Source: Eledone cirrhosa
Taxonomy: Eukaryota
Length of the DNA: 64,000 nucleotides
Assembly (NCBI GenBank): GCA_964016885.1
Contig: OZ024740.1
Location: 225,928,001-225,992,000 of the forward strand
Direction: 5' to 3'
Shown: positions 11,506 through 23,961 of the stretch, piece by piece
Numbering within the stretch: the first letter of the stretch is position 1
How the letters are laid out: every line of letters starts with the position of its first letter
Program-made: the position numbers and the translations under genes
Notes under the pieces: model-generated
Seen by the model: the letters and a program-made list of their open reading frames with translations, nothing else
Told to the model about the DNA's origin: nothing
Databases searched by the model: none

Positions 11506-13690
11506 CTATCCGTGAGGGTATAATGTGGGGCTGTAATACAGGAAAATGTTGTACAATTTATGTTTACAAGCCGAAATTGCCTCAGATTTTTTGTTTAAGA
11601 TGTGGTCTGTGGCGAAGAGTATTTCCAGGGCCTCAGCGGCGCAGAGGTCACAAGATCTTTTATTTCCGTTATACGATCTAGCCCTAGCTAGGATCTCCCA
11701 GTGTAATTTATATTGGGTGTGGTTGTCTTTTAGACTACAGATATAAGCTGAAAGTGACGTCATATTCCTTCTTAACGGGTTAATAAAAGAATGGGTATGC
11801 ATGTAAAGACGCTGCTTGAATCTATTGGCGGTTAAACCTATGTAGGCCCTACGGGACGTGGGTGTTTCAACCTTACATTTGTAGACAATGTTACTAGAGA
11901 GGCATTTCCCGGATAGGGGCACTCAACCCGATTCCTACAATTACAGTTAGTACTAGCTACAGGGTTGCACGTGTTCCTACGGCTAGGTAATTTAGCTAAA
12001 TTTGAAGCTGTGATGTTATGTGCAAGGTTAGGAGTCGTAGAGTAATAAATTTTAATGGTATTTCTATTAAAAATGTTACTATATTTATGTGCTGGGGGGA
12101 AATGCTTCATAATAAGGGAGAGAAAGATCTTAGCTAATGGTGTGACCACCTCCAAATTATATGGTGGGTTATACCATATAATGCGTCGGGATCTATTTTT
12201 CCTAGGTCTATTCTCGTACTCTGTGTAAGCTACCTTATCGACAAATATACTCCGTGCAAGAGCTTCATTGTAATATGTGAAATGGTCGTTGAAAATATGC
12301 TCGTTTGTAGATAGACGGGAAAACCTCAAAGAAACATTCCTTACCAGGTTCTTGGTTATGCTGGCAGGATGGTTAGAATGCTTACTTATGTAATTAAGCG
12401 TATCATTCGGCTTTCTATACGGGTAGTGCAAGCCATTCGACAAACCGAGGGTAACGTCGAGGTAATTAATGACCGAGATATTGGCCTCAACCTATATGGA
12501 GAGGTTAAAGCCTTTAAAGAAGGCTGTGAGTTCTTTTCTGAACCTGTCACAAGCACGTGGGCCCACTTTGCCATGGCCAAACGACCGTCGTCACGGTACA
12601 AACCACCGCCCACGTAGGAGAATGTTTCCTTAATAGAGAAAAGAAGGAAAAGGCCGATAAGATCAGTAACCTCCGCAGAATCGCTGGCGCCCATACTCAC
12701 GTCGAATGGGGTAATATTAGATGTTTTAATCCAAATAGAGTCGTCGAAATTAATCATCGACTTACGGGCATTGAGGATGACATCAACTTCGAAATCCTTA
12801 ACCACTGTGAGGGTTTTAGCGAAATTGATAGCTCTAAGGAGAAGTGATAAAGTGATGGAGGAGGATTAATTATTGATGTCGAATTGGATAAAACGGTAAT
12901 GTTGCTTGTTGCATATGCCGTTGAACCAATCAATCACGGCGAAAGAATTGTTCCACTGTGCAAGAGGAACTTCTAATTTCAGTTATAATTCTATCTAAAA
13001 TCCTTTTACTAAATCTACCTAAATCGGACTTCGTAGGGTTAATAAGCCGAATAGAGGGGTTGTTCGGGAAATTAGATTTGTGATCCTTCGGGGTAAAGTG
13101 GTGAGAAATAGGGTCCAGAGGTTCGAGCCGGTCCAGGATGTTGAGATCAGAGGTGATCTTAAACCCAGCATCGTTGATTTCATTAATGACGCTCCGATTA
13201 GTTACAGCATTATGTAGCAGTTGATGGTAAGTGCTGCGCTTCACTTGATATAGATTGCCAGTTTTGTCGGAATGGACGTGCACGGCATTAGAATCCTTAA
13301 TAGAACGAATTCTTTTCTTCAGGTCCTGCTGGAAGGAATTGCTCCTATTCCGAAATTTGACACTCCGTATGAGTTCCAAGACATCATTTTCGAAGGGTAG
13401 CAATGCTGGGTTACTCGGAGGGTTATTATAGGTTTTAAACCCAAATTTATCCTGTTTGTTGTCTGCTTTTCCCTGATTATCGAAATAAAAGGCACGCCAA
13501 CGCAACCTTTTAACGAACGCGTCTGTTTTCTGTATCAGGAGTTTTAGGTATGATTTCCTGCTTGGTACGGGTATGTTCTTTGTAGAAATATTCAGATGTT
13601 GTTTCTGCATGATGAATATAAATCAATAGAGTGCTCAACCGAGGGATCCAAATAAGTATGCGGATAGGGAGTTGACTTATGTTTCGTCAC
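11506..13690 (-). mobile_element. Near full-length Penelope-like element with RT and C-terminal GIY-YIG endonuclease (probably Hydra clade), frameshifted
   Basis: ORF pieces 12930-13610 (SDKTGNLY, KDHKSNFPNNPSIRLINPTKS), 12386-12805 (FDVSMGASDSAEV, GLYRDDG), 11838-12443 (PYRKPN..NYI...SNHP, CNCRNRVECP), 11506-11922 (IVYKCKV...YIGLT..RFKQRLYMH, CDLC, LNKKSE...CKH). 3' boundary uncertain; clade call is from recalled motifs. Confidence 0.9.
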
Positions 13691-13804
13691 TATATATATA
13701 TATCGGCCTGCCCGCCCAGCCATTGGGAAGGCGTCATCGTATGGCTAAAACAGCGACGTTCTGTACCAGCGGTCAACGTGATACATATATATATATATAT
13801 ATAA

Positions 13805-13898
<94 letters not shown>

Positions 13899-13937
13899 AC
13901 ATTAAATAAATGGAAACTATATTTATAAAACCATATT

Positions 13938-14002
13938 TATTTTATTATATATATTTCAAGGTCAACCAAGACAACATTGGTACGCCTTCATCAGAGAAAA
14001 TA
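13938..14002 (-). ncRNA. Type I hammerhead ribozyme, family C (inverted copy)
   Basis: Reverse-complement copy of 14119-14183 with a few substitutions. Confidence 0.6.
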
Positions 14003-14118
14003 CAAAGTTTGTTTTATAAATAGAGACGTACCCATGAAAATCATACCTTATCGGTTGGAAATTCAACCGATAAGGTATGATTTTCATGGGTACGTCTCTA
14101 TTTATAAAACAATCTTTG

Positions 14119-14183
14119 TATTTTATCTGATGAAGGCGTACCCATGTTGTCTTGGTTGCCCTTGAAATATATATAATAAAATA
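14119..14183 (+). ncRNA. Type I hammerhead ribozyme, family C
   Basis: TATTTTAT CTGATGA AGG...CTT GAAA TATATA TA ATAAAATA: 8-bp stem I, palindromic stem III, weak stem II. Confidence 0.7.
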
Positions 14184-14312
14184 AATATGGTTTTATAAAT
14201 ATAGTTTCCATTTATTTAATTTCATTGAATATTTACTTCAGTAGGTTGTTGAGTGCTCTAAATCAGTTATAAACATTTGTCGGACTTCCAACAAATTAAA
14301 TACAACTTCTAG

Positions 14313-14353
<41 letters not shown>

Positions 14354-14480
14354 GTACTCGTTCACGTGATAGTCATAATTTCATTTATAACCATCAAATT
14401 ACATTTCAGCACATCAGTCATACTCAGAACAACTCTCTCCATCCCTTTTTCTTGACCATTATCTTTTGTTTGGCACAAAA

Positions 14481-14657
14481 GGGTGGTGGATTGGCAGTAT
14501 CGGTAGAGGGTCGGACGCATAGAATTACGGCCCTTGCCATTCTGAGTTCAAATCCCGCCGAGGTTAACTTTGCCTTTCATCTTTACGGAGTCGATAAAAT
14601 AAAGTAGCAGTAATGCACTGGGTAATTGCTGGCTTTGTGCCAAAAGTAGAAACAATT
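14481..14657 (+). mobile_element. Full-length tRNA-derived SINE with ~23-bp target-site duplication
   Basis: A-box-like TGGCAGTATCGG, B-box GAGTTCAAATCC, body GCCTTTCATC...GTCGATAAAATAAAGTA; TSD ATTATCTYTTGTTTGGCACAAAA at 14458-14480 and 14655-14677. Confidence 0.9.
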
Positions 14658-15105
14658 ATCTCTTGTTTGGCACAAAATTCTCTAAATGGCTATAAAAAAA
14701 TTCCAAAATACGGGCACGAAATTTAATGTACTTGTTCACGTGACAGTCATAATTTCATTTATAACCAATCAAATTACATTTATAAAAAAAAAAAGGCTTC
14801 GTGAGCCACTTTTTTTAAAGTAAAAAGAAATTCAAACAAAAACTGGCGTGAAAGCTGATATTCTGATTCACGTGACTGCATCAACCAACCAAACTTCACT
14901 CATATATGAAAAAAACAACCTGAGCCCCCACTTTCTTTGAAGAACTTTGTAACGCAAACTGGCGCGAAATTTATTATACTTATTCACCAAAGAACCAAAT
15001 TACTTCTCTAAAAATCTTGCATTTCGAGCCAGATTTTTCCATATAAAACAGATTAAAAGACCAACCAGATGTGAGAAAAACCACAGACCCTTCATCTCAA
15101 CTCTA

Positions 15106-15141
15106 CTTTTGAAAAGCAGAAGAACTGCGAAACCGGTAAAG
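15106..15141 (+). ncRNA. Hammerhead-like motif with variant core (TTGAAAA)
   Basis: CTT TTGAAAA GCAG AAGAA CTGC GAAA CCGG TA AAG followed by AATAAA; stems fit but the core departs from CUGANGA. Confidence 0.4.
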
Positions 15142-15294
15142 GAACCAAATAAATATATTTTTTTAATAAAAAAAGACTCCAGTTGCATTTTCGACTTCAT
15201 ATTTTTTTCCTTATACTTTCACTCGTGTAGGACACCTCAGTTATTTTTCATTTTGTAAAAAAAACCTCACTTTCTAATAAATAATATATATATA

Positions 15295-15465
15295 TAGTAA
15301 TAATAATAAATTTGAAGACTAAAATCCAAATATATATATCAAATATATAAGAACCGTAGAGCAAATATTTATCAAAATAACAGATTAAAGTTTAAGCAAA
15401 GAATCGCTGCTTTCACCCTTAAGCGATTCTTTGCTTAAACTTTAATTTGTTATTTTAATAAAGAT
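15295..15465. repeat. Short fold-back copy of the 10290 repeat terminus
   Basis: AAAATAACAGATTAAAGTTTAAGCAAAGAATCGC / GCGATTCTTTGCTTAAACTTTAATTTGTTATTTT inverted arms; flanked by (TA)n. Confidence 0.75.
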
Positions 15466-15479
15466 ATATATATATATAT

Positions 15480-15480
<1 letters not shown>

Positions 15481-15518
<38 letters not shown>

Positions 15519-16505
15519 GCCATTTTACGCCCGTCTTCCACGCTAGCATGGGTTAGACGGGTTGTTCTGTTGTAGGTTGTGTCCGGTCGGCTGACCTTGT
15601 CTTGCTCATACGGGAACTGATTCTGGCTTGATTTCTACAGCTGGATGCCCTTCCTAATACGAACCTCATTTACAGCGAGTGCTGGGTGCTTTTTTCTGTG
15701 GCGCCTACACGTCTACTTTACAGTGTGGGCTAGGTGCTTTTTTGCCGTGGCACCTCCACGACCACTTTGCAGTGGAAGGGTGTGGGGGAATATTGTCTAT
15801 ATGCTTCAGCTTCGGCTTGTACCCGTGGGGGGGGGTCTTCTATATTACTACGTCAGCCAAAGGTCACGGTCGTGTGTCATCGCCTTTGAGAGGTGTAATT
15901 GGGTAATGTCGGATTTATCACCTCATCACAAGTCTTCTTGGGTCTCCCCACTCTGCGGTTTCCATCGACTTCTAGTGCTCTGCACTTTTTTTATGCAGCT
16001 GTCATCTTTCATACGCATCACATGTCCATACCAACGCAACCATCTCTCCTGCACACAGCATTTGATCCTTCTTATGTTCAATCTCAATTCATTTATTCTT
16101 TGCCGTTCGCGTATATTACTATTGCACATCCATCGGAGCATGCAGGCTTCATTTCTTTCTAATCTACGCAAGTCTTCCACAGACAGCGCCCAGGTCTCAC
16201 TTCCATGTAACATTACTGTTTGTATACATGCATCATACAGTCTGCCTTTTATTTTGAGGGGAAAGCCTTTTGCAGCTAGCAGTGGCAGTAGCTCCTTGAA
16301 CTTTTTCCATCCCGTACTTATTGTACTTTCCGAACACCCACCTCCGCTGCTGCAAGTGAAGCTTACATTCTTAGCTAATCTTCCTGAGATCCCGCTACAT
16401 CTCTTGTGTACCCATTGTTTGCATTTGGGGTAGAGAATGGAGTTCCTACCTACACCTTTCCTACATATTGAGCAAGGCCATTTACCTGAGGGGATCTGGG
16501 TTCTG
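15481..16505 (-). mobile_element. RTE-clade LINE 3' fragment joined to a SINE-like segment with RTE tail and (GAT)n
   Basis: MLHGSETWAL...RLERNEACMLRWMC...RWLRWYGHVMRM; upstream Cys-rich GKWPCSICRKGVGRNS; AGGAAGGGCATCCAGCTGTAGAAA motif and CCCATGCTAGCGTGGAA tail. Confidence 0.85.
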
Positions 16506-16526
16506 TTTTCTCATATATATATATAT

Positions 16527-18100
16527 ATTGTTGTAATAATATTGCCAGAATTAATAACAGAACACACTCACTGTTTGGTTGGCTTTCGCTTCTGTATCTT
16601 TTATATCAGTTAATTTATTCGGTCCTCAATGTTTACCATCGACTGACCAACGGTCAAAAAATACAGATATAATATAGATATAAACACATATATATAGTCT
16701 AACAAAGTTCTTTCGTTGCACATCTGCAACATCGTCAGTGGTGCTATTATTATGTTCCTCCTGTTGTATTGTATATCTACGCCATCTTTATATAATCTGT
16801 TTATTTATTTATTTATTTATTTTTGTCTTCTCTGCGCATGCGTTTGTGTGTGTGTATAGTGTTTGGAGTGTGTTCGCGTTTGGGTGACTGTGTTTTGGTT
16901 GTTGTATTCTATCTTAGTTTATTAGTGTGTGTCTACATGTGTTTGTTGTTATTGTGCTTGTGTATATATTTATTTATTTATTTATATTTCTTTTAGGTCA
17001 GTATTGTTTGTTTGGGTGTCGTTGTTATTCCATTCACTTTTTCTATTTAGCTTTGGCTTTCTAAGTTCTATTTCACTTGTATCTCTGATTTGCCTATCTG
17101 CTGGGTCATTTCTATGTTTAGATATTATTTTAATTTCTATGTTGTCTATGCTACCATCATGTTGTTGTCTGGCGTGTTCGTATAGTACTGAACCGTTTTT
17201 TTCGTCCTTTTAGTCCCCCCCCCCCCCCGTGTTAGTCTATCTTTTCGCCTATGCTACGAGCTGTCTCGCCTATGTAAGTTGTTGTCATGTTTCTGCAAGT
17301 AACCTCTGTACAACTTATGCTATAGACTACGTTTCTTGTTTTACAGTTTATCCAGGGGTTTACTTTACATATAATACATTTCCTATTAGTACAGTGAGTT
17401 TTCTTAAAAGGGTATGTTTTGCTGATCAGGGATTTTATGGTAGTTCCTGGATTTTCTACCACCTTAATCTTTAAGTGGGTCTTTCTCAGGGCCTTTCTAT
17501 ACTGGTTAGCTAATTTCCCTCCAGGAGTAGCGTCCACAAACATGACACTGTGGTATCTCTGGTTGTCATACCATGAGGTGGCTTTCCCTATCTTATGTTT
17601 AGTCCTATCTCAGCAATTCCATAATTTGCTCCTGTATAATGGGCAAATTCCTTTCATGTCCAGTTCTATAAGGGTTCTATACTTCTCCGTGGCTCCTTCG
17701 TATACTCTGATTCTGTCTCTTTCGTTGTAGCCAGAGAACTGCATGCGATTGATGAAGTGTTGGATGTGTCTTTCCATTTCTGTTGGGTCGCACATGCGAG
17801 ACACATTCTTCATCACTCGTACCAAGTCTGCGATCAGAATATTAAACTTAGCACTACTGGACAATGCTGAGTTTTAGAGTATCAGGTATTTGGAGGCCAT
17901 GGGTTTAGCGTAGTGTGAGTGGAAAATGTGGGCCCTCTCGTCTATAGTGTTAATCCAGAGTTCCGTGTGTAATACAGGTAGTCTACTGTTAGGGTGTTTG
18001 GAAGGGTAGTCGATAATTACAGTTATACTCTGGTGCATGGAATTAGCTACCTGCTGGATGCTTTCCATTGTACTACATTCTAAATCATACTTGTTAGTAC
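16527..18100 (-). mobile_element. 5'-truncated Penelope-like element (RT C-terminus, GIY-YIG, 3' end); sister of 19860-23497
   Basis: DYPSKHPNSRLPVL, YAKPMASK, MQFSGY, CKTRNVVYSISC...YIGETARS; nucleotide similarity to 19890-21440. Confidence 0.9.
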
Positions 18101-18111
18101 TCTCTTGTAAA

Positions 18112-18255
18112 TGAGGCTGGTGTTAGAAAGGGCATCCAGCTGTAGAAATGAAGCCAGAATAATTTCCTGTATGAGCAAGACAAGGTCAGCCAACCGGACA
18201 ACCCGTCTAACCCATGCTAGCGTGGAAGAACGGATGTAAAACGCTGATGGTGATA
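18112..18255 (+). mobile_element. SINE/RTE 3' fragment
   Basis: GAAAGGGCATCCAGCTGTAGAAA...ACCCGTCTAACCCATGCTAGCGTGGAA; reverse complement of ~15520-15655. Confidence 0.75.
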
Positions 18256-18424
18256 TATACATATATATATATATATGGGGGGGGGGGGCTATTTTTAAGT
18301 AGATAGGAAAATATAAGCAATTATATGTATGTATGCAAATATTGCATCCATGCATATATATGTGTGCATGTGTTGATTTTTGAATAAATATGTTTGTTGT
18401 TACACATGTATACGACAGCATGTA

Positions 18425-18460
<36 letters not shown>

Positions 18461-18829
18461 TATGAACATTTATTTTATTATTCACAACCTGGAAGACCAA
18501 TTTTTTGCATGTATTTATGAGAATGATTAATGTTTTTAGTGTATAGAGGTCATTGAGCATTCAACAAAAGAAAGGAGTCAGATTTCCTGTATATATCAAC
18601 AAATTTGGATTTCCTGGCAACCATAGATTTCAATATAATAATCTAATGATTAGTCAAACTCTATTCGAAATTCTACAGACTAATTCCATTTGCTTTTTCC
18701 TGTAAAGAAACCTTAGCATCATATTGCTTGCAGTTAGATTTTCACCAGGTTTGCTTTTACATTTTCATTTTAAATTAATTTTTTTATTATAAGTACATAT
18801 ATGGCGTTGTAGTCGGGTTTATACCCACC

Positions 18830-19095
<266 letters not shown>

Positions 19096-19160
19096 TGAGG
19101 GACAGATATATATAAAATAAAATAAATAAGTCAAGTGTTTAAAATTTGGCTTCGTTTACT

Positions 19161-19215
19161 ACTGCTATATATATTTCGGTGACAGCCATCTTTGGCTGTG
19201 ACCTCTTCAGGCAGT
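19161..19215 (-). ncRNA. Minimal type I hammerhead ribozyme, family A
   Basis: ACTGC CTGAAGA GGTcACAGCCA AAGA TGGCTGTcACC GAAA TATATA TA GCAGT. Confidence 0.9.
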
Positions 19216-19421
19216 CCAAATTAGTGTGGTAGAGACGAGTACACATGTTGTTGAGGTGTATAACTTTGTCAATACTCTGATATGCCCAGTTCCTGGTTGG
19301 GTTGTTATTTCACTGAGGAACTGGAATCATAACAACCCAACCAGGAACTGGGTATGTCAGAGTATTGACAAAGTTATACACCTCAACAACATATGTACTC
19401 GTCTCTACCACACTAATTCGG

Positions 19422-19476
19422 ACTGCCTGAAGAGGTCACAGCCAAAGATGGCTATCACCGAAATATATATAGCAGT
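19422..19476 (+). ncRNA. Minimal type I hammerhead ribozyme, family A
   Basis: ACTGC CTGAAGA GGT...ACC GAAA TATATA TA GCAGT, directly followed by AATAAA. Confidence 0.88.
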
Positions 19477-19710
19477 AATAAACGAAGCCAAATTTTAAAA
19501 TTTGACTTATTTATTTTATTTTATTTTACATTACTCCGGAGTAACCAAACCAACCTGCGCACTTCGTCGAGTGCTCCATTCTGCATACTGAGGTGTTGGT
19601 ATACAACCAACATATACTCAAAATTTATGTATATATATATATATACATATATATATATGTGTATGAATATATGTATAGGTATATATATATGTATATATGA
19701 ATATATTTAT

Positions 19711-19752
<42 letters not shown>

Positions 19753-19799
19753 GTTATTAATTCTGGCAATATTACGCAAATATGACCCTCCCCAAGTAT

Positions 19800-19859
<60 letters not shown>

Positions 19860-19860
<1 letters not shown>

Positions 19861-22800
19861 TGTTATACTTGGGAAGGGTCATATTTGTGTAATATTGCCA
19901 GAATTAATAACAGAACACATTCACTGTTTGGTTGGTTTTCGCTTCTCGCTGTCTTTTATATCGGTAATCTAACTTACTCGGTCCTCAATGTTGCCATTGA
20001 CTGACCGACGGTCAAAAAATAATACAGATACAATATAGACACAAACACATATATATAGTTTATCATAAATCTTTCGTTGCACATCTACAACATCGTCAGT
20101 GGTGTTATATTTTCCTCCTGTTGTGTTGTATGTCTACGCCATTTTTATTCAGTCTGTCTATATATTTATTTATTTATTTGCTTGTTTGTTTATTTTATTT
20201 TGTTTTTTTTGCGCATGCGTTTGCCTGTGTGTATAGTGTTATGTTTGTTGTGTGATGGGTGACTAGTGTGTGTTTATGTGCTTGTTGTTATTGTGCTTGT
20301 GTATGTATTTATTTATTTATTTATTTATCTTATTTGATTTACTTATTTATACTTCTCTTAGGTCACAGTTGTTTGTTTGGGTGTTGTTGTTATTCCATTC
20401 ATTCGTTCTGTTTAGCTTTGGTCTTCTAATTTCTATTTAACTGGCCTCTCTGATTTGCCTATCTGCTGGGTCATTTCTATGTTTAGATATTATTCTAATT
20501 TCTATGTTGTCTATGTTACCGTCATGTTGTTGTCTAACATGTTCGTATAGTACTGACCCGTTTTTTCGTCCTTTTAGTTCCCCCCAGTGCTGGTCTATCC
20601 TTTCACCTATGCTACGAGCTGTCTCACCTATGTATGTTGTTGTCATGTTTCTGCAAGTACCCTCTGTACATCTTATGCTATAGACTACGTTTCTGGTTTT
20701 ACAGTTTATCCGGGGGTTCACCTTACATATGATACATTTCCTATTGGTACAGTGGGTTTTCTTAAAAGGGTAGGTTTTTCTGATCAGGGATTTTATGGTG
20801 GTTCCTGGCTTTTCTACCACCTTTATTTTTAAGTGGGTCTTTCTCAGGGCCTTTCTACACTGGTGTGGCGTCCACAAATATGACACTCTGGTATCTCTGG
20901 TTGTCGTACCCTGAGGTGGCTTTCCCTATCTTATGTCTAGCCCTATCTAAGCTATTCCATGATTTGCTCCTGTATAATGGGCAAATTCCTTTCATGTCCA
21001 GTTCTATGAGGGTCTTATACTTTTCCATGGCTCCTTCGTATACTCTGACTCCGTCTCTTTGGTTGTAGCCAGAGAACTGCATGCGGTTGATGAAGTGTTG
21101 GATGTGTTTTTCCATTTCTGTTGGGTCGCACATGCGGGACACATTCTTCATCACTCGTACCAAATCTGTGATCAGAATATTAAACGTAGCACTACTGGAC
21201 ATTGCTTAGTTTTTGAGTATCAGGTATTTGGAGGCCATGGGTTTAGCATAGTGCGAGTGGAGAATTTGGCCTCTCTCATCTATAGTGTTAATTCAGAGTT
21301 CTGTGTCTAATACAGGTAGTCTATTGTTAGGGTGTTTGGAAGGGTAGTCGATAGTTACAGTTATACTCTGGTGTATGGAATCAGCTATCTGCTGGATGCT
21401 TTCCATCGTGCTACGTTCTAAATCAAACTTGTTAGTGCTCTCTAGTGGGGGTGTTCTTATAACTATATTGATATCGTCTACATAACGAGAGTACATGATG
21501 AGGTCTATGGAGCTTTCATTAAGGAGATATTTAAGTCTCCTTTCCCACCATACCATGAAAAGGTTGGCAACATCACCAGCTATGCTGACGCCGATGGCTG
21601 CTCCCTCATTTTGGGTGTAGATTTTCTCATTGAACTTAAATATGTGGCCCTTTAGGGTAGTTTTGATACTAGCCCCTATTGCATGTGCGACCATTTTTCT
21701 TACCTGATCATTGTTTTGGGGGTCCATATAGCTTTGGTCCACCCAATCCACCTTCCCATGGGAGTCTTTTTTGCCATTGAGGTTATGGTGGGGGGTCTAC
21801 CTCTTATAGGTCTACTAGGGCAGAAACATCTAAGGTCATGGCTGTCTAGGTAGTCAGTGTCGTAGGTAAGTCTAAGTAGGGGCCCAGTTCGTCTGTGTCG
21901 ACGTCGCAGAACTCCACCTCACTCTCAATGATCATCTCCACACATCTTTTCAAAGCAAAATCAATGTTAATGGATGGGTACAGTGACACCACATCCATGC
22001 TGCCTATTATGCAGTTGGATAGGCTCCTGTTTTTGTTGCACTCACTGATTCTGCTGAGGAGGTCCTCTGTACTGTCACATACATCTGGGGACATCTTATT
22101 ATGGGGCGTATAACCATTGAGAGGAAGTAGGAGATCCTGTAGTTGCTAGCTATATTAGCTCCGCATACGGGTCTTGTTGGTGGTCCTGTTGTCGGGTCGT
22201 CGACTGTCTTGTGGTCTTTGCGGAGCCCATACAAGGGTGGTATGCCATAGTTAGACGCCTGGAAGTTGTTGGCCGTGCGTCTGCTTGGCTTTAGGATGTC
22301 AGTCCACATCATCATGTGAGCGTTGAGGATTTTTTCTCTCCCATCGTGTGTTTGTTGTGCAATTTCGCTCGTGTTGGTGATATGGGGTTGCATAGCCTCG
22401 ATGTAGTTCGGCATGCTATCTATTGACATCCTACCAGACTTATCCGTGGGTAGACACACTACCTCACCATCCCTTGTGCGCTGCTTGAGGCTAACCAAGC
22501 CTTCTACAGGTTTCCTCCCAAGTTGTTGGGCCTCTGGTCTGCTCTGTCTCTTAGTATACCTGTCTACTATTCGTCTAATCTTATTTCTAGCTATGGTGAA
22601 CTGTGCCTCTGTCTCGTCATCTATTTGTTGTGGTATGCAAACTCTTTTATTAAAGGGTAACCTCGTAGGATAGATATTACCCATCTTATATGTTTTGTCA
22701 GCTGGGTTGAAAAATAGTTTCTCTAAGGGTTTGTCATTATATCTATCGTCATAGTTGTGTGTGTTGCTATTATTGTTATCAGGGTGGTTGTTGTTGTTTC

Positions 22801-23497
22801 TATCATTAGCATTACTATTATTGTTATGATTGCTAGATGTATTGTTGTTTACTTCACCGTTATTGTTGTTGTTGTTACTGTTATTTCTACCATTGTGGTT
22901 GTTACTTTTATTATGTTTCTTGTTTTTGTTGTGTCTATCATTGATGTTGCTACATGTACTATTTCCATTATTACCACTGTGGTTATTGTTGTTGTTGTTG
23001 TTCGTATTGTTACCGTTATTACTACTGTGGTCGCTGTTGCTGTGTCTGTGGTTAATGTTTCTATTATTATTATTATTGTGGTTGTTGTTGTTCTGTCTAT
23101 CGGTAGTATTATTACCATTATCACTATTTCTCACTTTCCTGCTATTGTTATAGTTATGGCTGTTATTTCTATACTCAGAGTTATTGTTTATATTACTACT
23201 ACCGTTATTATTGTTGTTGTTGTTTACCTTTGCATTCCAACGTATTTTTGTGAAACACTTTTCCAGCTCCGTTTTGCACTCCATAGGGTTAATCTTTTTG
23301 TAGATGGCAAATATTGGTGGTAGTCGCAAGATTTGTTGTTCTTGTTCACTGATTAAAGTGTTCCCATAGATATTTACTGTGTGGTCATTGGTAAATTCTT
23401 CCGGTATTTTTACATCAGTCATACGGATATTGTCGATGTTATCTGGGTATTTTTGAGAATATTCGATTTTCCTTTCTTGTAGTTTTTTCTTATTCAT
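19860..23497 (-). mobile_element. Near full-length Penelope-like element (RT + C-terminal GIY-YIG), frameshifted; clade not resolved
   Basis: LRLPPIFA, PTDKSGR, LYGLRKDHK, GPPTRPVC, IIGSMDVVSLYPSI, YTQNEGAAIGVSIAGDVANLFM, YSRYVDD, LPVLD, CKTRNVVYSIRC...YIGETARSIGERIDQH...VLYEHVRQQH...RQIREA over five ORF pieces. Confidence 0.92.
20045..20106 (-). ncRNA. Hammerhead-like core in the PLE 3' region (also at ~16685-16743)
   Basis: CTGACGA T GTTG(CA)...(TG)CAAC GAAA in both sister copies; stems I and III not convincingly formed. Confidence 0.45.
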
Positions 23498-23961
23498 CCG
23501 TTCTATATATATATATATATGAATATAAGTATAGGTATGGAAGATGGAAATTAAACAATGATGATGATGATGATGATGATGATGTATATATGAATATATG
23601 TGTAGGTATATATATATGTATATATAAATATATATATGTATATATTAATATATGTATAGGTATATATATGTGTATATATAAATATATATATATATGTGTG
23701 TATATATATATATACTCATATATATATATATTTATATATACATATATATACATATACATATATTAACATATACATATATATTCATATATATATATTTATG
23801 ATATATATGTATATATGTATACATATATACATATATGTATATATGTATAGGTATATGTATATATATATGTATAGGTATATGTATATATGTATAGGGATAT
23901 ATGCATATATATATATGAATAGGTATATAAATATCTATATATATATATCTATATATATATA

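Larger units (their letters stand above)
13892..14312. mobile_element. Fold-back HHR dyad (family C) inside (TA)n
   Basis: 13892-14057 is the reverse complement of 14064-14232 (6-nt spacer GAAATT); the right arm has an ~80-nt extra tail. Confidence 0.9.
19112..19625. mobile_element. Fold-back HHR dyad (family A)
   Basis: 19112-19308 is the reverse complement of 19329-19525 (20-nt spacer); the right arm has a ~100-nt extra tail; flanked by (TA)n. Confidence 0.9.

Noticed and set aside
14481-14560. tRNA gene
   Set aside because: The A/B boxes belong to a multicopy SINE head; no cloverleaf.
15645-16433. 262-aa plus-strand ORF
   Set aside because: Antisense shadow of the RTE LINE fragment on the minus strand.
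22757-23323. Hydrophobic Val/Ile/Leu-rich plus-strand ORFs resembling membrane proteins
   Set aside because: Antisense reading of the AAC/AAT tract in the PLE ORF.
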